Positions 47,815 to 59,626 of a stretch of DNA of 64,000 bases are shown piece after piece. The DNA comes from Felis catus (lineage: Eukaryota). The stretch is from assembly GCF_018350175.1 (NCBI RefSeq), contig NC_058368.1, positions 110,734,001 to 110,798,000 on the forward strand. The letters are read 5' to 3'. Position numbers and translations under genes: made by a program. A model generated the notes under the pieces. It made no database searches. It was not told where the DNA came from and worked only from the letters and a program-made list of their open reading frames with translations. The number at the start of each line of letters is the position of its first letter. The first letter of the stretch is position 1.

Positions 47815-48018
47815 ATTTTTTTTAATGTTCATTCATTTTTGAGAGACAGTGTGAGTGAGCAGGGGAGAGGCAGAAAGAGGGAGACACAGAATCCACAGCA
47901 GGCTCCAGGCTCTGAGCTTTCAGCACAGAGCCCGACGCGGAGCTTGAACTCAGGTACTGCGAGATCATGACCTGAGCTGAACTTGGATGCTTAACCGACC
48001 CAGCCACCCAGGTGCCCC
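47815..48018 (-). mobile_element. SINEC within an L1M fragment (~47660-48140)
   Basis: Reverse SINEC body; L1M motif gggtgaaatgacatgatgtctgggatttgcttt. Confidence 0.82.
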
Positions 48019-48467
48019 TTTAATATACTTAATTTAAAAGAAAGAAAGAAATGAGCCAAACACGTGTGGCAAAATCTTGACAGTTGTGCAGTTGGGATGA
48101 TGTGATGTATGTGGATCTGTTCTCTCTGCCTGTGAGATTCTTCGTTAACAACAAAAAAAGACGGCCTGCCTCACGGAGCTGTGGTGAGGCCTCCCCGGTG
48201 CCGGCCCCAGGAAGCACCTAGCAAACGTGAGCTACCTTTGTGGCTACCGTTATCCTTGTCACTGTCCTGCCAGCCTGAGAAGGTGAGCCAGAGTACAGTC
48301 AGTGCTCCTGAACCCCGTCACTCCCAATGACACCTCGCCCTGCCTGTCACTATGGAGCCTCACCAGCTGTGTGCCAGGGCTCCGTCACCAACACTGAAGG
48401 CGGGGCTCAATCATGAGGTGTTACCCCCCTATGCCCCCTGTGAGCAACTCTGTTCTAAAAGACAGAG

Positions 48468-48660
48468 CCTGGGTGACTCAGTTGCTTCAGCGTCTGACTT
48501 AATTTTAGCTCAGGTCATGGTCTCCCAGTTCGTGAGTTCGAGCCCCGAATAGGGCTCTGCACTGACAACGGCATGGAGCCTGCGTGGGATGTTCTCTTTC
48601 TCTCTCTCTCTCAAAATAAATAAATAAACTTAAAAACATTTTGTAAATAAAATAAATAAA
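48468..48660 (+). mobile_element. Carnivore SINEC
   Basis: cctgggtgactcag...(CT)n, (AAAT)n tail. Confidence 0.8.
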
Positions 48661-48893
48661 GACCCCCTTTGGCGACTCACTTGAACCAGAACATCTGGTC
48701 ACCAGGCCTCCTCCAGAGCCCAGATGAGAACCCTGTCACAGCTCCTTCATGAGGAAGATGAATTCTGCCAGTCAATCCAGTGCCATCCTCTGTGCAGTGG
48801 TGACAGCTGTGGGGGAGGCAGGGGCCCGGTGTTCAACTGTCAGCCTCCTTACTTTCCTGCCCTGCAGTTCAGACACAGCCTCTTCAGAGCTAG

Positions 48894-48908
48894 CCACCAG
48901 GGGGTGCT
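48894..48908 (+). promoter_or_regulatory. Candidate CTCF core motif
   Basis: CCACCAGGGGGTGCT, one C>T change from CCACCAGGGGGCGCT. Confidence 0.55.
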
Positions 48909-50621
48909 CTCCGGCGGAATCACGATCTCCCGGGGTTCCAGAGCCCTAGAGGCTGTGGAAGGAGTCACCTGGTAACACTGGGCCGAGGCAGTGAGCAAGT
49001 GAACTGCTTGTGATGGAGCGAGTCCCAAGCCCCCACCCTACCCCTAACGTTTTAATTTCCACCAGCATTTTTAAATAACATTATGTATTTTGGGCGTTTT
49101 TTGTTTGTTTGTGTTTTTGTTTCCAATAAAAGTAACTAATGCTTAACATGCTAAACGGGTTTCGAATTTTTGTCTTGTGTTGCTGCATGTTTGAAGATTT
49201 CCTGAGCTTAGGGCAGATGGCTCCTAAATTCTTGGGCTATGAAGCAGAGGAAGGGGAGCTCCAGCGGCCTGTGAGACCCAGGCAGATCCCTGGCCCCTCT
49301 AGGCCTCAGTTTCCCCTGTCTGCACGTTTGGGGGTGCTGGCTCACATTTCTCTGAGCTCTAGCAGGCCGGCCTTCCTCAGTGTTCAGGGTTGGTCTGGGA
49401 AAGGTGGGACAGGGGAGGCTCACCCCTCAACCTTTCTCTACAAGGCCCCCAACTATCTGCCTCCCAACTCACTTCCTCTTCATTGTGCAGTTCTGGCCCT
49501 TCCTTAGGGGACCCTCCTGACCACTCTGGGCTGTGCTGTTCTTCTCCCCTCTGAGGGGCTGCACGACCTGCATCCAGGGCACCTTGTCCATACGGTATAA
49601 TCTCTAACTTCCCACAGATGCCTGTTCATTCTCTGGGAGTTCTGGCCCCAGAAGTGAACAAGACAGGTCTAGCCTCGCCTGCGCAGGCATCAGAGCCCAG
49701 CTCCCTGACTAGCATTGCAAGCTGGCGCCCAGGGTACTTTTGGTACTTTCTACGGGTGCAAAGGAAAGGCCAAGACAGCATTTTCCATGCCGGGGTGCAG
49801 GCATGCCGTGGCTTTGTCTCGTGTACAAGTCCCAGCAACCAAAGGGGTTTTAAGAGCTTTCCCCCAGCAAACCTAGCCGGAAGCCGGAGTAGTTCAGGGA
49901 CAAGCCAGGCCCCACCCCTACCATTGTGTAGGAGCAGGATCAAAAAGCTTTGGGACCACACTTTGGGGTCCTGGGTACAGGGCTTAGCAGGAGGCAGGGA
50001 GCATTTCTTTGACTCCAAGGCTAACGTAGACTGGTAGTTCTCAGGTCTGCAGGCCTGGACTCCCAGAAACCAACTGCCAAGCACTAGCCCCACAGTCAGG
50101 AGGGAAAAGCTGTCTCAGCCCCTGGCCTATACCTAGAAATCTATTGCATCAGGTCTGTTGCTGTGGCCCAACCTGCTGCAACTGAAGAAACCCCCACTCA
50201 AACCAGAGGGGCTGTGAATTCCAGAAGGGGAGTTTTTGGCCACAGACCTAGTCCTACTCTGAATCAGGATGAGAAGAGCCCCGTGAAAGCCTTTTCTTAT
50301 CCCCCAGTTTGTCATGTGCCCTTTTTCCCAGGGCACTGTAGACCCCAAGAAGCAAGGTGACTTGTTTGGTCAGCGGGCTCAGCTGTGCCAGAAACTTCTC
50401 CAAGCAGGGAGGGCAGCCCTGAGAGGGAAGAATGTTGGAAAGAGAATGAATGGGTCAGGGCACAATGCGGGCTAGAGGCACCAGAACTCCCACTCAGAAA
50501 AGGAAAAAGAGTCCCCAGTTCAAAGAGGAGGGTCCATCCTGGGGGCCCGTTAGGTCTGCTGGTAGCAGGGGCAAGGAGATGAGGGCTGTAAGAGTAAGTT
50601 GCTTTGGAACCAGCACCCCCT

Positions 50622-50741
50622 GGGATACCGGGGGGGCTCAGTCGGTTGAGCATCCAACTCAATTTTGGCTCGGGTCATGATCTTAGGGCTGTGGGATCTA
50701 GCCCTGTGCTGGGCTCTGTGCTGAGCTTAGAGCCTGCTTAA

Positions 50742-50772
<31 letters not shown>

Positions 50773-50843
50773 CCACACACACACCATTGCACTCTGTCTC
50801 TCAAAAAATAAAATAAATCTTTAAAAATAAATAAATAAAATAA
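50622..50843 (+). mobile_element. Carnivore SINEC
   Basis: gctcagtcggttgagcatcc...(CT)n(CA)n and A-tail. Confidence 0.8.
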
Positions 50844-51559
50844 CCCAGCCCCCCCCCACCTACCTCCTGCTTCAGCATCTTCCAAAACCATGGGCTAAGA
50901 AGAGAAAGAAAAGAGGGAGAAGAGAGTTCTCAAATGGTAAGAACAAAGACCAAGCTTGACCAGAAGGGGAAACCCTTTAAAAGATGTCAGTAATAATAGA
51001 GCGTCAAACAAAAAGTAAAAACAGCAAAGCTGACAAGGAAAACCGCAGTAGTCAGCAGAGGCCCACCAGTGACCCAAAGGTGAAGAGAGGCACTTTCACC
51101 CCTGCAGAATGGAGACAGACTTCAGGAGCCACCCCCAGGTCCTAGCACAGCTCCAGCGGCCAGAAGCACGAGAAGGGGGATCCGGAAAGGTTCTCTGGTG
51201 CTCTGTCTCCAGAGAGACAGGTGCTCCACCTTTGGGACAGTGACTTGGACCCACCTCCCTGATAGAAAGCCTGAGGGCATGGACCTGTCTGTCCTGGCAC
51301 CCAGGAGAGGCTAGGGAAGACAGTGGTACATGAGAAAATGACCCCGGGCTACCTGAGCAGCGCCCTCCCCCTCCTGAAGCCCTGGAGGCTGTGACTCTGT
51401 CCCCTTGGTAGCCATTTCCCATTTCTGAAGAGTCTTCTGAAGGAGCCAACACCAACTTGGGGTTCCTTCTGTCCCGTCACTGTCTTCACACAAGGAAGGG
51501 AAAGACATCTCTGTGCGTTGCAGAGCTAAAGTTAATTTGGAGCCCCGAGACCGAGACAA

Positions 51560-51726
51560 GGGTTTGAGCTATGTGACCTTGGGCGAGTCACTTCCTCTCT
51601 GGGAGCCGCAGTTTCCTCATCTGTAAAATGGGGTTAAAAGACCTACCTCTCAGGGCTGTTGTGAGGATCAGATGAGATAACAGATAGGAAAGAGTTCTGT
51701 AAACAGTAGAGTGCCATGCAAATGTA
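51560..51726 (+). mobile_element. MIR SINE
   Basis: tgtgaccttgggcgagtcactt...cagtttcctcatctgtaaaatggg...gttgtgaggat. Confidence 0.8.
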
Positions 51727-52284
51727 TGGAGACATTCTTGGGTCTAAAGCATATTTATCGGACATCTGCTTTCTGCCAGATCCTGGCTCAGCCCACGGGA
51801 TGTGGTCTTGAGTAAGACAGAGGGGTCCTACTAATACAGCAGAGAGAATGGGAGCGAGCAGGATACCCTAGAACCATAGCCTCACCCACACCCAGAGAGA
51901 TTGTATAGGGAACCCAGGCCTCCCAGCTCCTGTCCCTGTGTCTGAAGGCTGTCTGGGGTGGTCCATCTCCCCTCAGCAAGGTCATCGCCAAAGCAAACAC
52001 CACCAGTCTGGAGCTCCAGCGGCTTCCAGAACCCCAAGATGCAGATTACTCAGCTGGAGGAAGCAGGGCTGCAATTTGTAATTAGAGTCACCCAGCAATG
52101 TTGCCACAAATTAGTCTGAGAAATCTCTCCTGGGCAGCAGCAAGGAGAGGGGACTTCCCACCTAAGAAGGGGCAGGGGGCTTCTCTGACCCCCTCCTGCC
52201 AGCTGATATGTTGACCTGCTCCGGAGGTCATTAAACCTACGTTAGAATGGCTACAAACCCTTGGTGCAATTGAGCTGAGTGAGT

Positions 52285-52765
52285 GGTTGAGAGCCCAGGT
52301 CCGGGAGTCAGACCATCCTGACTTTAAATCTTAGCTTTGCTTCTCACTAGCTATGTGACCTTGGGCGAAGAACTTGACCTACTCAGATTTACTTTCCCTA
52401 ATAATAGTATTTTCGACTTCATTAGCATTTTGTAAAGGCTAAACAAGACGATTGCTGTAAATCTCCGTGCATATAACTAGGCTAGGCATACATGAGTTGC
52501 TCAATTAATTTTTACCTATTTAACAAATATTTATATGGTACTTAATATGGACCACAAACTATTTCAAGTACTTTACAAACAATAACTCTCTTAATCTTTA
52601 CAAGAACCTAGTGAGATAGGTATTATTATCATTCCATCTTACAGATAAGAAAACTGAAGTGTGCTCACAGGCGCACACACACGAAAACTGAAGCACAGAG
52701 AGGTTAAGTGACTCGCCCAAAATCACAGAGCTAGCTAGTGGCAGAGCGAAAACTGAAACCCAGGC
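52285..52765. mobile_element. Inverted (tail-to-tail) MIR pair
   Basis: A + strand MIR (~52285-52505) followed by a - strand MIR (~52520-52765; attccatcttacagataagaaaactgaag...gaggttaagtgactcgcccaa). Confidence 0.7.
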
Positions 52766-53033
52766 TCTCCTCTCCTCTGCTTCTTCCCATCTTTCTCCTT
52801 CCAGCCCATGGTTTTAGAAGTTGAAGCAAGTGAGGGAAAACTTAGTTAAGAACAAGCCCCCTCCTCATCACCAATCTCTGTCCTCCTAGACCTCAGTAGG
52901 CCTAGGGGGAGCCTGGGCACAGATTGGGCTCAGGCTCCGTGCTGTCAGCCACTAGCATTAAGTTGCCTCCCGCAAAAGGTGATGTTGTTATTACCCTCCC
53001 TTGAGATCAGCCCCCTACAGCAACACTCCCCTG

Positions 53034-53082
53034 CAGCCTCCAGCCTCCAGCCTCCAGCCTCCAGCCTCCAGCCTCCAGCCCC
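53034..53082. repeat. (CAGCCTC)n heptamer tandem repeat
   Basis: Six perfect units plus one CAGCCCC. Confidence 0.95.
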
Positions 53083-53274
53083 AATTTGGAGCCGGAGATG
53101 TCCAAGCTCTGCTCTCACATTCACCTCAGAGGCTGCCATAGCTTGGATGCCAGCTGTGGGCTCCACCGAGCCAAGTGAGGAGCAAAGCTGCATGGAAGTA
53201 TAAGGGACTGACCACAGCCTCGGAGGAGCCTCAAGGGTAGAAACCCTCCTCAGCAGCTTCTCTCCCTTGGGAAC

Positions 53275-53440
53275 TCCCAGCCTCTGCTCACACACCTCTG
53301 GTGACGGGGAGCTCACTGCCTCTGTTGGCAGCCTGGGCAGGCCACGGTTGGCCAGCTGTGACTGGTAGACGTGTTTCCTCAAGCTGAGATGAAATCTCTC
53401 CATGTAATTTCCTCCCATTAGTCTTGTCTCTGCCCTCAGG
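53275..53440 (-). mobile_element. L3/CR1 LINE ORF2 C-terminal fossil
   Basis: Minus-strand translation RFHLSLRKH...LPTEAVSSPSPEVCEQRL resembles the CR1 ORF2 end (RFRLDIRKN...LPREVVESPSLEVFKxRL). Confidence 0.7.
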
Positions 53441-54560
53441 CCGCGCAGGCCAGCCGGCTCCCTCCAGCCTGTAGACATCTGGAGATGGCCATCTTTTGGC
53501 AGGAGGAGCCTCCTCTGGAGCTGAACACTAGGCAGCTTCAGGCTGGCCTCAGAAGGCAGGGTTCCTGGTGCCTTCCCCCACCCTGGTCCCCACTTTCTCA
53601 CACATAGCAAGACTGTAGGGTTGAGGGACAGCCCCTTCTAAGGGTCTGGTCCTGAGCACAACACTTCTGGGTGGGAGCGATAATAATAAATGACATTGGA
53701 CACCACTTAGCAAGTACCTACTCTTCACTAGATCCTGTGCTGAGTACTCTGCAAGCAAGAACTCATCCCATCTTCCCGGCACTTTGACTCAAGTATTATT
53801 ATTGCCCCCACTGAACAGATGAGCAAACAAGGGCTCTGAGAGGGAGGTGACTGGCTCAAGTTCCCAACCACAATGAGAAGGTGGAGGATCCCAAGCTTAC
53901 ACACAGGCTGTGAGCCTCAAGTCCAGCTCTTGACTACCAGACGACAAAGACAGATAGCAGTGGAAAAACAGGAGACTCACTCCCAGGAAACAGAGACAGA
54001 AAAACTCAAGAGAAGTTGAAAGACTCCAATTCTAAAGACGATGGGACTCTGGAAGGGATAGAGATCCCTGTGGACAGGAGCAGGTGGGAAAGTTTCCCAA
54101 ATGAGGGAGAGACCAGAAACGAGCCCTGAAAAAATGAAGCATCCAGCCCCTTTGGAATTCCCAAAGAACAAACCAATAGGAATAGCCACCTCCCCCTGCC
54201 AGCCGCCTCCCCTCCCCCACCCCCCGCCCCCCCAGCTTGAGGAACCAAGTTGGGTTGGACCTTTCCACAACAGCTCCACCTCATGGGCAGCAAGCATTTA
54301 TTAAGCACCACTGTATGCTTGGTCCATGTGAGCCGTCAGCAAGGACACAGATGAAGGGTTCATGATCCCAAGAAGCTGAGAATGAACCCAGTAGGGCAGG
54401 AGTGAAGCCCGGTTAGAGTGTGATGACCAGTGTGGGACTCCACTACAGCTAATTTCTTCCATATCAGGGACATAAGTTGGAGTCTGTTTTGGATAGGGAG
54501 TGCTCTTCCCTGCCTTCTAAAACCAGGGATACCAGCATTCCCCAAAAGACTTCCAGAGGA

Positions 54561-54772
54561 GGGGGGCACATGGGTGGCTCAGTTGGTTAAGCATCCCACT
54601 CTTGATCTCGGCTCAGGTCATGGTCTCACTGTTCATGGAATTGAGCCCCACGTTGGGCTCTGTGCTGACAGCATGGAGCCTACTTGGGATTCTCTCTATT
54701 CTCTCTCTCTCTCTCTCTGCCCCTCCCCCCACTCTCAAAATAAATTTAAAAACTTAAAATACATACATTTTT
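54561..54772 (+). mobile_element. Carnivore SINEC
   Basis: TSD aaaagacttccagagga on both sides. Confidence 0.88.
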
Positions 54773-55800
54773 AAAAAGACTTCCAGAGGAATTAAGTTCT
54801 TGGGAAAATTATACATCAAAAAATAGTTTTATGGTTAAATCAGTTTGGGAGACACTTGGCTAAAGGAGGCTAGACAGGACATTGCTGGTGCATGGCCTCT
54901 CAGAGTCTTTATTGGCTGTGCACATTGGGACTGGCAGTGACTGAGGATCTGGCGTAGGCTCTCCTCAAGTCCTCCATGCCCACCGTGTCCCGTCGGTCTT
55001 TCTAGCAACACCCCAGCTGCTAGGAATAAAAGGGGGTAGTCTCCAAGTGGAAGATGGCAGATTATGCTCCCAGGAGTGTGTTCTACAAGAGAGGACAACC
55101 AAGGAGAGCTAGTGTCTGGTGAGGGGCTACTTGGGAGGAATTGTCCAAGGTGGCGGGGGTGGGGAGACTATGAGACCTGGGACATGAAGATGTGACATTC
55201 TGGGTAAGGCGCCAATAGATGGCCAAACTCTCCCCCAGAATCCTGGCTCACCTAAGCTCCAGAGACCCTATGGAGTCAAAGTCCATCATAACCCAGCATA
55301 TGCTACTGCCTTGCTTTATCAAGGCTATGTCCTCTTTTTTTTTTTTAAGTAGGCTCTACACCCAATATGGGGCCTAAATTTACAACCCCCAGATCAAGAG
55401 TCACAGACTCCACCAACTGAACCAGCCAGGTACCCTAGCCCTGTTCTCTTTAATTCTACTTGCCTCCTAGCTTGACCTTCCTCCTCCAGGAAGCCCTCCC
55501 TGACTGTCAGGTATGTGGCAAGACATATACACAATAGCCATAATTCTGAGCCCCTGGCTCCTAGAAACTCTATCTGGCTTGATGTCTCCCACAAGAATTC
55601 CTTGAAAGCAGGTACTCAGCCTAGTACCTCCTCTCTGGATTTTAAGTGATCATTGCTGTGAATGATTCAACCATCTAACCATCCATCCATCCATCCATCC
55701 AGTCCAAAAGTTTCTAAGCACTGCAACTTGTCAGCTCTGTAACAGGCCCTGGGAATAAGCAACAAAGCCCTTACAACCCTGTCTCAAAACTAGATATCTA

Positions 55801-56026
55801 GGGGCGCCTGGGTGGCGCAGTCGGTTAAGCGTCCGACTTCAGCCAGGTCACGATCTCGCGGTCCGTGAGTTCAAGCCCCGCGTCAGGCTCTGGGCTGATG
55901 GCTCGGAGCCTGGAGCCTGTTTCCGATTCTGTGTCTCCCTCTCTCTCTGCCCCTCCCCCGTTCATGCTCTGTCTGTCTCTGTCCCAAAAATAAATAAAAA
56001 CATTGAAAAAAAAATTTAAAAAAAAA
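55801..56026 (+). mobile_element. Young SINEC_Fc-type SINE
   Basis: Near-consensus and CpG-rich; perfect TSD aaaactagatatcta (55786-55800 / 56027-56041). Confidence 0.93.
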
Positions 56027-56835
56027 AAAACTAGATATCTAATGGTATTTTCCTAGTAAGACATTCCTATGTCAGTGCGGCTAGGGCTGTTCCTACAATC
56101 CAAACACAAGTTAATATGGATACATTCCTCTGTGAAACTGCAGGCAACTCCCACATGGACACTGGGCCTCAGTGTCCCCCACTTCCTGCTGCCTTTGTGA
56201 GACTGCTTTTCTCGCCTCTGGTCTCATTGTTGTGGGCTCCTCACTGCATCCCTGAAACTAGGTAAGGGGCACTGAGCCCAGAGAAGGCAGAGGACTTACC
56301 AGAGTTCACCCAGCAGGTCAGGGGTGGTACAGTGACCAGGACACAGACCTCCCACTACCAAGCTCTTTGAAGACCCATTCACTCTGATGGCACAGAGCCT
56401 GGCATATGACAGCCACTCCTGGCTTGCCTTTGCTGCTGACACATTGGCGCCTCTGAGTCCAGACCCTTTCCTGTGGAAACCCAGGATGATTTATTCCTCC
56501 TGGTGAGCGAATACCATCGCCACTCACTGGGAACAGTGGCTGGCACACTGTGGGACATTAGCCTGCAGGAAACTGCCGTAACAAGCCCTCTAAAGCTGAG
56601 GGGCAGCTCTCTGTAATCGCACCACCACCCCTCAAGCCAATTTCACCAAACTTCCCTGGGGTGTCATCAGGATTAGCTAATATCCAGGTTTATCATTAAA
56701 TTTTTTTCATTAAATTTTTATTTTAAGAGCAATTCTCAGTTATTGCATAAAGTCTAGGGATTGGGGTGGGGGGAGAACCCAGGGAAGGTTATAAAGAAGG
56801 AAGAAATGACCCCAAACCCTTCTTGCTTCATTTTA

Positions 56836-57124
56836 TTTTATTTTTAAAAATGATTTTTATTTTATTTTTAAAAATTTATTTATTTAAGTAATCTCTCTAC
56901 CCAACGTGGGGCTTGAACTCAAGATCCCAAGATTAAGAGTCGCATGCTCTACCAACTAAGGCAGCCAGGTGCCCCCTTGCTTAATTTCCTTTTCTTTTTC
57001 TTTCTCTCTCTCTTTTTTTAAGATTTTATTTTTACATAACCTCTGCACCCAACGTGGGGCTCCCACGTACCACCCTGAGATCCAAAGTTGCAGGCTCTAC
57101 CAACTGAGCCAGCAAGATACCCCC
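56836..57124 (-). mobile_element. Two tandem short SINECs sharing one target site
   Basis: Target ttgctt(c/a)attt at 56823, 56977 and 57125. Confidence 0.78.
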
Positions 57125-57226
57125 TTGCTTCATTTTAAAGGCAGCTGCCTAGTACCTGATCCAGAGCAGTCGCACCACAGAATTGTGTGTTTTTGCCATT
57201 CTGCAGGCCACAGCCACCTACCTGAG

Positions 57227-57262
<36 letters not shown>
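57227..57262. repeat. (CA)n microsatellite
   Basis: About 16 CA units. Confidence 0.92.
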
Positions 57263-57264
<2 letters not shown>

Positions 57265-58524
57265 AACATACAGTGAAACTACACAGTTTCCAGAGAGCAA
57301 ACTGTGTTTCTAGTAACAAACCACAGTCTGCCTCTAGGACGTGTGGCCAGGCTTTGCCCTGAGAGAGGAGGCTTGCACGGAAAGTGTTCCTGCCCAGAGC
57401 CAGCAGCCAGGCCTCCAGGCTGCACTCAGTAAGCCCCAGCAGGATGCCAGGAGGGCTGGCAGGCAGGAAGACACGCTGCTCTGCTCCGAACCTCTCCCCG
57501 TTGTAATTGACCAAACCCATCTGGGGCTCCTTTGAGTTGTTTTCTGGAAACACCACATTTCAAGGGTCTCCCCGTTAGAAAAGGTCATAGAGTTCACACA
57601 GGCCTTTCATGTTAAGGAACTTAAAAGAAAAGGAAAGGAAAAGTACATTTTTAGCCTTAGCTGTGATGAGGTGGGCCCGGGCCATGAGAACACTTAGATG
57701 ACTTACATGACGTTACACGAAGAGCCAATTAGCCTAACAACTTCCGAAAACTGTCTAGCTCAAGAGCACCCATTTATTAGAGCGCATGGAATGTGCCCGG
57801 CCTTGTACTCAGCTCTTTTCCAGGGTGCGGAAATCATCTCAATCTCACTCAGTGCGCGGCAGCCTTGGATGTGATACTCATTTTACCCAGGAGGAAGCTG
57901 AGGCCCAGAGAAGGTCAGTGATTTGTCTGGAATCCCCCAGCTGGTAAAGAGTAGGGCAGGGAAACTCAGATAGGCCTGCCTAAATCCAAGCTGGTGCTCT
58001 TGTACTCAGATCCTCAACCCTTGTGAGCTCTGACTTTGTCCTATCTCCAGCCTCTGAGGAGAGCACACGTCCACCTGGTTTGTTTGCATGAAGATGAAGA
58101 CTCATGCTATCTTCAGCTCTGACCTGAACATCATGAGTCCAGAAGAGTCGGGTCCTCCCTGCAGAAGACTCTGGCCCTCATCCAGAAACTCCCTGGTCAC
58201 CCCCAGAGGGGCAGCCGCAGCAGAGCTCACCCACCATTCTGTGGAAGAAGCCCATAGTCACTGTGTGTGGGCCCAGAGGAGAGATGGTACAGACTGAAGT
58301 GTGATTCAAGGGAGATGCTCTGGGCTCTCCTGCCTAGCAAAGGGCTTGAGCCATCTTATATGGACCAAGCAGGGAGATTCCCCAATCCTCACGCACCATA
58401 AGCCACCCAGAAAGCCAGGACTCTATTAGTAGCAGCTCATTCATCAGCATTTGCAGAAACCACAGAGCAGATAAGAACCGCACCACCCCCCCCCCCCCCG
58501 GGACTTTAGAGGTCATGACGGAAC

Positions 58525-58765
58525 ACTAGAGTGTGGTAGTTAGAGTGTGGGCTCAGGATCCCGCCACTGTCAAGGTTTGGAATTCTGATACTCTCCCTTC
58601 CAAGCTCTGAGATCCTAGGTGGCTTATTCAACCTGTCTGAGCTTTGCTTTCCTTGTTCATGAATGAGGATAATAGCTCCTATGTCATAGGATTTGTATGA
58701 TGATTAAATGAGATAATGTGTGTGAAGCTCTTGACATGATGCCTGACACACAGCACTCAGTAAGA
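58525..58765 (+). mobile_element. MIR SINE
   Basis: gtgtggtagttagagtgtgggctc...gattaaatgagataatgtgtgtgaag...tgcctgacacacag. Confidence 0.7.
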
Positions 58766-59318
58766 TGAAGTCATTGAGAAGATGATATAATGACGATGAT
58801 GATGCAATCAGTGCCAACCAGACAAGGGGCTGCTGAGGGCCACACCTGCCTTCTGCCCTTTGTGGACAAGCATGAACTGCTTTAACTCTCTACCGCTCTG
58901 AGCCCTAGAGAGCTTTCCAGGTCCAGATGAAGTCTGCCTCCTCCAGGAAGCCCACCTCACCACCCCAGCCACATTGATTTCACCATATCTGAGCTCCTTC
59001 TGCCCATGGTCTGTGTAGATGAATCACCAACAAGCTCGGCTCTCATAACTTCTCAGTTTCTCAAGCAGTGACCCCTGGAGAACAGGACCCCCTCCACTGT
59101 CTCTCCCCTCTCCACAGCTTGAGTCCAGATTCGGTACACACACAGTCGATTCTCCCTAGAAGGCATTCAAGCTAATTTCAGTGTAGCTGTAGATGTCTGA
59201 TACTCAGCTGGTTTGTCCCTGCCTTACTTCTCCTCACTTCCCTGTTCTCCCCGCTCACCTGCCTCCTCCCCTGGTTCCACACCGCAGGGCAAGAGGTTAA
59301 AGCCATGATCTTGTACAG

Positions 59319-59626
59319 CAGTGGTTCCCAGACTTTGGGATTTCACAGCTCTATAAAATGTCCAAAGAGATCTGGGGTGAGGGAGCGAATAGAACGGTCA
59401 AGTATTTCTTTCGCCAAATAAGAACATTTAAAAAAATCAATTTTCACCATTATTTTAGCAAAGAAAAGCTGTTTTTTACACCAAGAAAGCAGAAAATCCA
59501 TAATCTCTGATTAAAAGTTAATACTTTAAGCTGAAAAAATTCAGCCTTATTGAGAAAAACAAACCACCTCACTGTTGCCCTGACTTCTCTCCTTTCTCCA
59601 TGGACTGGAGATAACAACCCCCACTG
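59319..59626. mobile_element. Possible hAT-Charlie MER element
   Basis: Starts cagtggttcccagacttt and ends ccccactg (TIR-like); AT-rich interior. Confidence 0.4.

Noticed and set aside
53034..53082. CRISPR-like array
   Set aside because: Simple tandem repeat without spacers in eukaryotic DNA; no CRISPR or cas features anywhere in the window.
52945..53610. 221-aa minus-strand ORF
   Set aside because: Explained by an L3/CR1 fossil plus the heptamer repeat.
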